A stretch of DNA of 29,840 bases from a bacterium. Its GTDB lineage: Bacteria > Auribacterota > JABMQX01. The notes under the pieces are model-generated. The model did no database searches and was not told where the DNA came from. It was given only the letters and a program-made list of their open reading frames with translations. Every line of letters begins with the position of its first letter. Position 1 is the stretch's first letter. The stretch covers positions 1 to 29,840 of the forward strand of contig JABMQX010000677.1 of NCBI GenBank assembly GCA_013203085.1, given 5' to 3'. This document shows, in pieces, positions 25,130-29,840 of this stretch. The position numbers and the translations under genes are program-made.

Positions 25130-28011
25130 TGGGTATTTCCCGGAAGTAGCCTTTTGAGCAGCTCGACATCCAACTCTGCCTTGGGAGCAAGGGCTGCCGA
25201 GTCGAGATACCGCAACAGACTATGCAGTAATTGACGAGCCTCCGGTTTGTCCTGATGACCGAGCAGATCGATGGCGCAGATCAACATCCTGCCATTACCG
25301 ACCTCGGTTTCAGCGATCAGGCCCAGCTTGTGATTGCGTACGAAATTATCGATCACCTGGACCGTGGGGCGATAGTCGTCCGGGGTGTCGTCCAGAATGA
25401 TCGGCCGCGAGTTTTTCACCAGGTGCCACCACTGCCAGTTGCTGTGGAACTCAGTTGGAAATTTTGCCAAAGCAGGCGATTTCGGATCGCAAAGGAATCC
25501 CAATGTGCCGGGCGCCGGTTTGACACCACGTTTCTTGGCGGCTATGCTGAACATCGGCGACCAGAAGTCGGTCTGGAACCCGCCCTCGACGCTGTGGGGC
25601 AACCGGTCCAGCTTTGGAAGCAGCAGGACCTTACCGCCTGAGGCGAGGTGTTCTGCAGTCTCAGCAGCCTGGAAGTTGTCAGTAACCATCACGCCCTTTG
25701 GAGCCATGGTGTCAACCTTGGGCGGATAGATCCAGACATCGTAGTCGTTGCGATACTTTGTCCCCTCGATAGCCAGCATGATCGTCAGCTTCTGGGGCGG
25801 AGCGATATCGCCCAGCGGCAGCGAGAACATATCGACCTCGAAGACCTTGCCCTGCTCGATGGTTACCGTTTCGAACGCACCGGAGGCGACCTTCCGCCCG
25901 TCGCTTCCGGTAGCCGTCCACATTACCCGGGCGTCGGGTATGTCGGCCGGACCGTAGTGGCCGACCTGCACCCGGCCGATGAACGTCTCTTCGGTCGTCC
26001 AGGTGTACTTCTTCATACGCAGCAAAGGAACCGTCTCGCAGCAGAACCGGCGCCACGCCTCAGGTGTGATCAGCCCCTTGGATTCCATGAAAACGTTCAG
26101 CATGCCGACCAGGGCCGTGCCCTGGCCCGGAAAGTCCTGCAGATCGAGTAACTGGAACCCGCCCATGCCGGGTGTCCTCAAGGCAGCCTCGATATCTTCG
26201 CGGTAACAGATGGCTGACAGTGCGCCCGAGGCGCGCATGAAATCATGGGCCTGATCGAACATGCCCGCTTCCCTGAGCCGCTCGCGGAAGACCTCCAGGT
26301 TCCTCGCCCTCAGGACGCCCGTGTATTTGGGAATCTCATGATAGTCGGGATAGACCTGGAACTGCCCAACCTCATGGCTGATGACCGGAACCGAAACGCC
26401 GCAAATCGACTCGATGTAATCCACCATCGTTGAAGGCGGACGATGCTCGATGTGCGGGTTGGGAAAGTCGAGCGTCGAGAATGATCCACGAACCGGCAGC
26501 GTCTTGCTCGTTTTGCAGGTCACCCAAAAATCGTCGCCCTCGGCCAGGTGTGGATTCCAGTGTACGTTGTTCGATCCCTGGGCGTACAGGTGACGCGGGT
26601 CAGCCTTTTTGAAGTGGGCGGCCATTTCGAACATGGCCTCGTTGCGGCCCAACTCGTTGCCGAGGGTGAACATGACGAACGACGGGTGATTTCCGAAGGC
26701 CTTGAAGATCAGTTCTCCCTCGCGCTTGGCGTATTCGTAAAGCGACTTCCTCCTCAGGGTGCTTTCCACGTCGAGCCGGTCGATGTTGTGGATTGCCGCC
26801 TCCTCGTTTTCAGGGGCCCGAAAACCGCTGCGTTTGTTCGGGATCTCGGCCTGGAAATACACGCCCAATTCGTCCGCCGCCTCGAATGCCGCTTCCGGCG
26901 GACACCACGAATGGAAGCGGTAGTGATTGATGCCGTATGACTTGGCAATGGACAGGACCCGCAGCCATCCGGCCTTATCCATCGGCGGATAACCGGTCAA
27001 CGGATAATTGGCAGAATCGGTCCGGCCTCTGAGGAAGACTTTTCGGCCATTAATCACCAAGCGATTCCGTTGTCTTGTGAAATCGCGCAGGCCGAAGTTG
27101 ACGCAGCGTTGGTCGTGATACGATACCCCGCCAGCCTTGGTCTCGAGATGCAAAACTAAGCACAACATGGCCGGATGAAACTCGTCCCAGAGAGGCACAT
27201 CGTCGCCCGGAGCATAGGTGAACTCGACGCGGTTCTCCTGCTCGGGCGCCGGGACCTTGACGGACTGCCGCTTGAAGGTTGCCGTCTTGGCGACGTTATT
27301 ACTCTTGCACTCGACGGTGATCTCGCCCGAGGCCACCTGACCGGTGATGTTGCCAATCACCCCACGGATCGTCACACGCCGATGCGCGGCGTCGGGATAG
27401 ATTTGCACGTCTTCCAGCCAAACCGGGTCCGTAGCACGGAGTTCGATTTTGCCGATGATGCCGTTCCAGTTGGTCTGCGTCCGCTCATCAACCGCATGGG
27501 ACGGACCGACCGGTGGCAGCCTGGCGTTATCCACTAAGATGGTGATGGTATGCTCGCCCGGCGTCATCGCGGCTGTCACATCAAACACCTGAGGAGCGCT
27601 GAGCGTGTCTTCCCAACCGCAAAAAGTCTGGTCAACCCACACGCGCGTATGCTTCGAGCGCTCCAGAAACAGGATGATGCGTTTGCCTTTCCAGGCCTCG
27701 GGAATCGTCACGCGCCGTTGATACCAGGCTGGACCTTTCCAGTACCAGACACGCGACAGCCTATCCGTGCGCCGCTCGTCTTTCTTGATGCCCTTGTGAT
27801 TCTCGTCGGTCGTGCCGGGCAGTTGCACGGTATCGTCAAACTCCAGGGCAAACCACTGTTCCGCGACGCCGACGTCCTCGGCATCGAGACGGAATTTCCA
27901 GATCCCATTCAACGGAAGTGTTGTCAACACAGTCTCTGCGTGAACGGAACAGGTCACCAGAAAGGCTACGCAGCAGAATGCAGTCCATGCTTTTGCAGTG
28001 CGCATCTTCAT
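25126..28011 (-). CDS. GH2-family glycoside hydrolase
   Basis: LPLNGIWKF, LSAPQVFD, NWNGIIGKIEL, YGINHYRFHSWCPPE, TLGNEL, ISHEVGQ, GFQLLDLQDFPGQG. The stop overlaps the next ATG (ATGA). Confidence 0.88.
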   Translation of the reverse strand: MKMRTAKAWTAFCCVAFLVTCSVHAETVLTTLPLNGIWKFRLDAEDVGVAEQWFALEFDDTVQLPGTTDENHKGIKKDERRTDRLSRVWYWKGPAWYQRRVTIPEAWKGKRIILFLERSKHTRVWVDQTFCGWEDTLSAPQVFDVTAAMTPGEHTITILVDNARLPPVGPSHAVDERTQTNWNGIIGKIELRATDPVWLEDVQIYPDAAHRRVTIRGVIGNITGQVASGEITVECKSNNVAKTATFKRQSVKVPAPEQENRVEFTYAPGDDVPLWDEFHPAMLCLVLHLETKAGGVSYHDQRCVNFGLRDFTRQRNRLVINGRKVFLRGRTDSANYPLTGYPPMDKAGWLRVLSIAKSYGINHYRFHSWCPPEAAFEAADELGVYFQAEIPNKRSGFRAPENEEAAIHNIDRLDVESTLRRKSLYEYAKREGELIFKAFGNHPSFVMFTLGNELGRNEAMFEMAAHFKKADPRHLYAQGSNNVHWNPHLAEGDDFWVTCKTSKTLPVRGSFSTLDFPNPHIEHRPPSTMVDYIESICGVSVPVISHEVGQFQVYPDYHEIPKYTGVLRARNLEVFRERLREAGMFDQAHDFMRASGALSAICYREDIEAALRTPGMGGFQLLDLQDFPGQGTALVGMLNVFMESKGLITPEAWRRFCCETVPLLRMKKYTWTTEETFIGRVQVGHYGPADIPDARVMWTATGSDGRKVASGAFETVTIEQGKVFEVDMFSLPLGDIAPPQKLTIMLAIEGTKYRNDYDVWIYPPKVDTMAPKGVMVTDNFQAAETAEHLASGGKVLLLPKLDRLPHSVEGGFQTDFWSPMFSIAAKKRGVKPAPGTLGFLCDPKSPALAKFPTEFHSNWQWWHLVKNSRPIILDDTPDDYRPTVQVIDNFVRNHKLGLIAETEVGNGRMLICAIDLLGHQDKPEARQLLHSLLRYLDSAALAPKAELDVELLKRLLPGNTQ

Positions 28012-28176
28012 ATCATCAATTCCTGTTGCCGAGGCTTGTAATGCACTTACCGTCAACGTCAGAACAGCTCCTTACTCTGGGGCTCGGCCATTGGGGAAAT
28101 ACTCCCAATATTTCTTTTCGTTCTTCAATACCTTAATTGCCTATACACATTTAGCGTTTCACCCAAACGAAAATCC

Positions 28177-29190
28177 TCATTGTGGAGAGTCCGGAGTTGC
28201 ATTTGGATCCCATAGCTTTCCGATTTCCGCCAATGTCTTAATACTTGATTCTATAATATTTCCATTCCTATCAGGGCCGACATTGAGCAGGAAATTCGAA
28301 TTCCTACTATTCGCCGTGGCCATGAGAGCCAAGATTTGCCCGGTAGTTTTGGAGCGAGACGCCCCTGTCCAGAACCATTTCTGCTCCAGTTTCCAGCACG
28401 TTTCGCCCGGTGCCGTGTTCCCTTCCGGGAAGTGCCTCAATTCCTTCACGGCAATGTCGACATACGGTGTGCCCTTTTTGCCCCAATCCCACCAGTTGGA
28501 GCTGGCAAGGACGCCGGGACGTATGCTTCTGAAGTACGAAAGCGCCTCGTCCGCGGGCATTACCTTCGGGTCCAGCGCATCGTTCCAGATGTAGAATACA
28601 TCCGGATACTTGGTCAGCAGTTCGGCGATCTGCTTTTTCTGGAATTCGTTCTGCTCTTCCAGGCTGTGCGTCGCGGGGTCGCATTCGGGGGGCAGAACCT
28701 TGTATTTCCCGGGGCCCCCGAATCCCGGGTGGCGCCAGCAATAGTAAAGCCCCGCCTTCAATCCCCGGCGCTTAAACGATTCAATGAACTGCGCCACCAG
28801 GTCCTGCTGGTACGGACAGTCCGGGTGCATCACGTCGTAGGTCGTGTATTGGCTGTCCCAGAGGCAGAAGCCGGAGACATGTTTTACCGTCAGCACCCCA
28901 TACTGCATGCCGGCAGACACCGCGGCGTCCCCCCACGCGTCCGTGTCGATCCTGCCGCCCGGATTAAAGTCGGCGGGACTGTGGTAGCCCGCGACCCATT
29001 GGACCCCCTTGTACGTGGCCATGTTATAATGGATGAACATGCCGAATTTCAGCTTGCGGAAGTCGTCCTGTAGCTCTTTGACGGATTTCTTCCGGTCTGT
29101 ATGGACCTTCTCTTCCGCCGATGCGTTGGCGACGCCCGTCACCATTGCCGCCAGCAGCGATATCACCGCCAATAATGACGTCTTGTTCAT
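28177..29190 (-). CDS. GH29 alpha-L-fucosidase
   Basis: KFGMFIHYN, YGVLTVKHVSGFCLWDS, GLKAGLYY, FYIWND (nucleophile Asp), NFLLNVGPDRNG; signal peptide. Confidence 0.9.
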   Translation of the reverse strand: MNKTSLLAVISLLAAMVTGVANASAEEKVHTDRKKSVKELQDDFRKLKFGMFIHYNMATYKGVQWVAGYHSPADFNPGGRIDTDAWGDAAVSAGMQYGVLTVKHVSGFCLWDSQYTTYDVMHPDCPYQQDLVAQFIESFKRRGLKAGLYYCWRHPGFGGPGKYKVLPPECDPATHSLEEQNEFQKKQIAELLTKYPDVFYIWNDALDPKVMPADEALSYFRSIRPGVLASSNWWDWGKKGTPYVDIAVKELRHFPEGNTAPGETCWKLEQKWFWTGASRSKTTGQILALMATANSRNSNFLLNVGPDRNGNIIESSIKTLAEIGKLWDPNATPDSPQ

Positions 29191-29215
29191 AACGTTGTCT
29201 CCCATTGTTTATTGG

Positions 29216-29839
29216 TTAACGGCCCTTGCCCAGCATCTCGCGCTGTTTGAGAATTTCGACCGCCCGCCTGGCTTCCTCCATCCTCCTGAACTCGCAGCGT
29301 TCGGCGGCCTCCTGCGCCATAGCCCTCGATCGCGAGCGGTCAACGGCGCTCTCGGCCGGGTCTCCGTTCTCCGGCCAGCCCCACGCGTCGGTGCGGAAAC
29401 TGTGCAGCGGTTGCCACGGCTTGCCGTTGACCTTGAGATTGCCCATCGGGCTGCGGGCCCAGGCGTAGCGGACCGCCACGGGCTCTTTAACCAGTGGGCT
29501 CCAGACGAACAGCTTCTTGCGATTGTATTTGTTCCCCCAGATGCCCTGGTCTTTGGTTACAAGTGATTCCGCGTACGCCTTGTAGTATTTGCCGTCCGTG
29601 CCGGCGATGGCGAAGCCTTCGATCGGACCGTCATCATCGGGAGCGACCGGTCGGTCGAAGGTCAACACCATCTGCTCACCGTCGCGTTCTGCGGAAACCA
29701 GTTCAGCCGTTTCCCAATCGACGCGCATCCCGTACACTTGCTTGAGTGCCCAGCGTGCAGCACGCGTGGCGAGGAAATGCTTCTTCTTTGTGTGCAGGCC
29801 GGGGAGTCGCTGGTCGTAAGCGGGGATGAAGCCCGTGTG
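29216..29839 (-). CDS. Sialate O-acetylesterase (SASA) C-terminal part, 5' end beyond the window
   Basis: Frame open to the window edge (PGLHTKKK..RAARWAL); EGFAIAG.DG, PVAVRYAW, NL motifs. Confidence 0.85.
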   Translation of the reverse strand, partial: HTGFIPAYDQRLPGLHTKKKHFLATRAARWALKQVYGMRVDWETAELVSAERDGEQMVLTFDRPVAPDDDGPIEGFAIAGTDGKYYKAYAESLVTKDQGIWGNKYNRKKLFVWSPLVKEPVAVRYAWARSPMGNLKVNGKPWQPLHSFRTDAWGWPENGDPAESAVDRSRSRAMAQEAAERCEFRRMEEARRAVEILKQREMLGKGR

Positions 29840-29840
29840 C

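Noticed and set aside
28090-28119. Hairpin ATTGGGGA/TCCCAAT with T-rich tail as a terminator
   Set aside because: The T tail is on the + strand but the flanking genes are on the - strand, so there is no + transcript to terminate.
1-29840. CRISPR array, rRNA or tRNA genes
   Set aside because: No regularly spaced repeats and no recognisable structural RNA motifs were seen by eye. A tRNAscan/Infernal run would be needed to exclude small RNAs.

Overview
29.8 kb bacterial window, probably from a planctomycete (inferred from gene style: signal-peptide CAZymes, TAT sulfatase, secreted nucleoside-hydrolase family). It is mostly a mosaic cluster of carbohydrate-active genes: two paralogous GH-A-like enzymes, a beta-propeller, two beta-helix proteins, a secreted IUNH, a sulfatase, GH127, GH92, an alpha/beta-hydrolase fusion, a GH63/GH37-like enzyme, GH2, GH29 and a SASA esterase. 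An intact IS630 element sits at the left edge. The main structure the ORF track misses is a relic integron at about 10.1-12.6 kb. It has a decayed C-terminal intI fragment in the SAME orientation as its cassettes, an attI-like site with two 17-bp direct repeats, a complete 810-bp SAM-methyltransferase cassette closed by a canonical 57-bp attC, and a probable second cassette encoding a secreted beta-helix protein. Other features: a 48-bp non-coding repeat flanking the sulfatase-GH127 pair, an in-frame TAG in the sulfatase, a +1 G frameshift in GH92, and a broken SASA/EF-hand chimera. No rRNA, tRNA or CRISPR array was seen. All family calls come from recognised motifs, not database searches.
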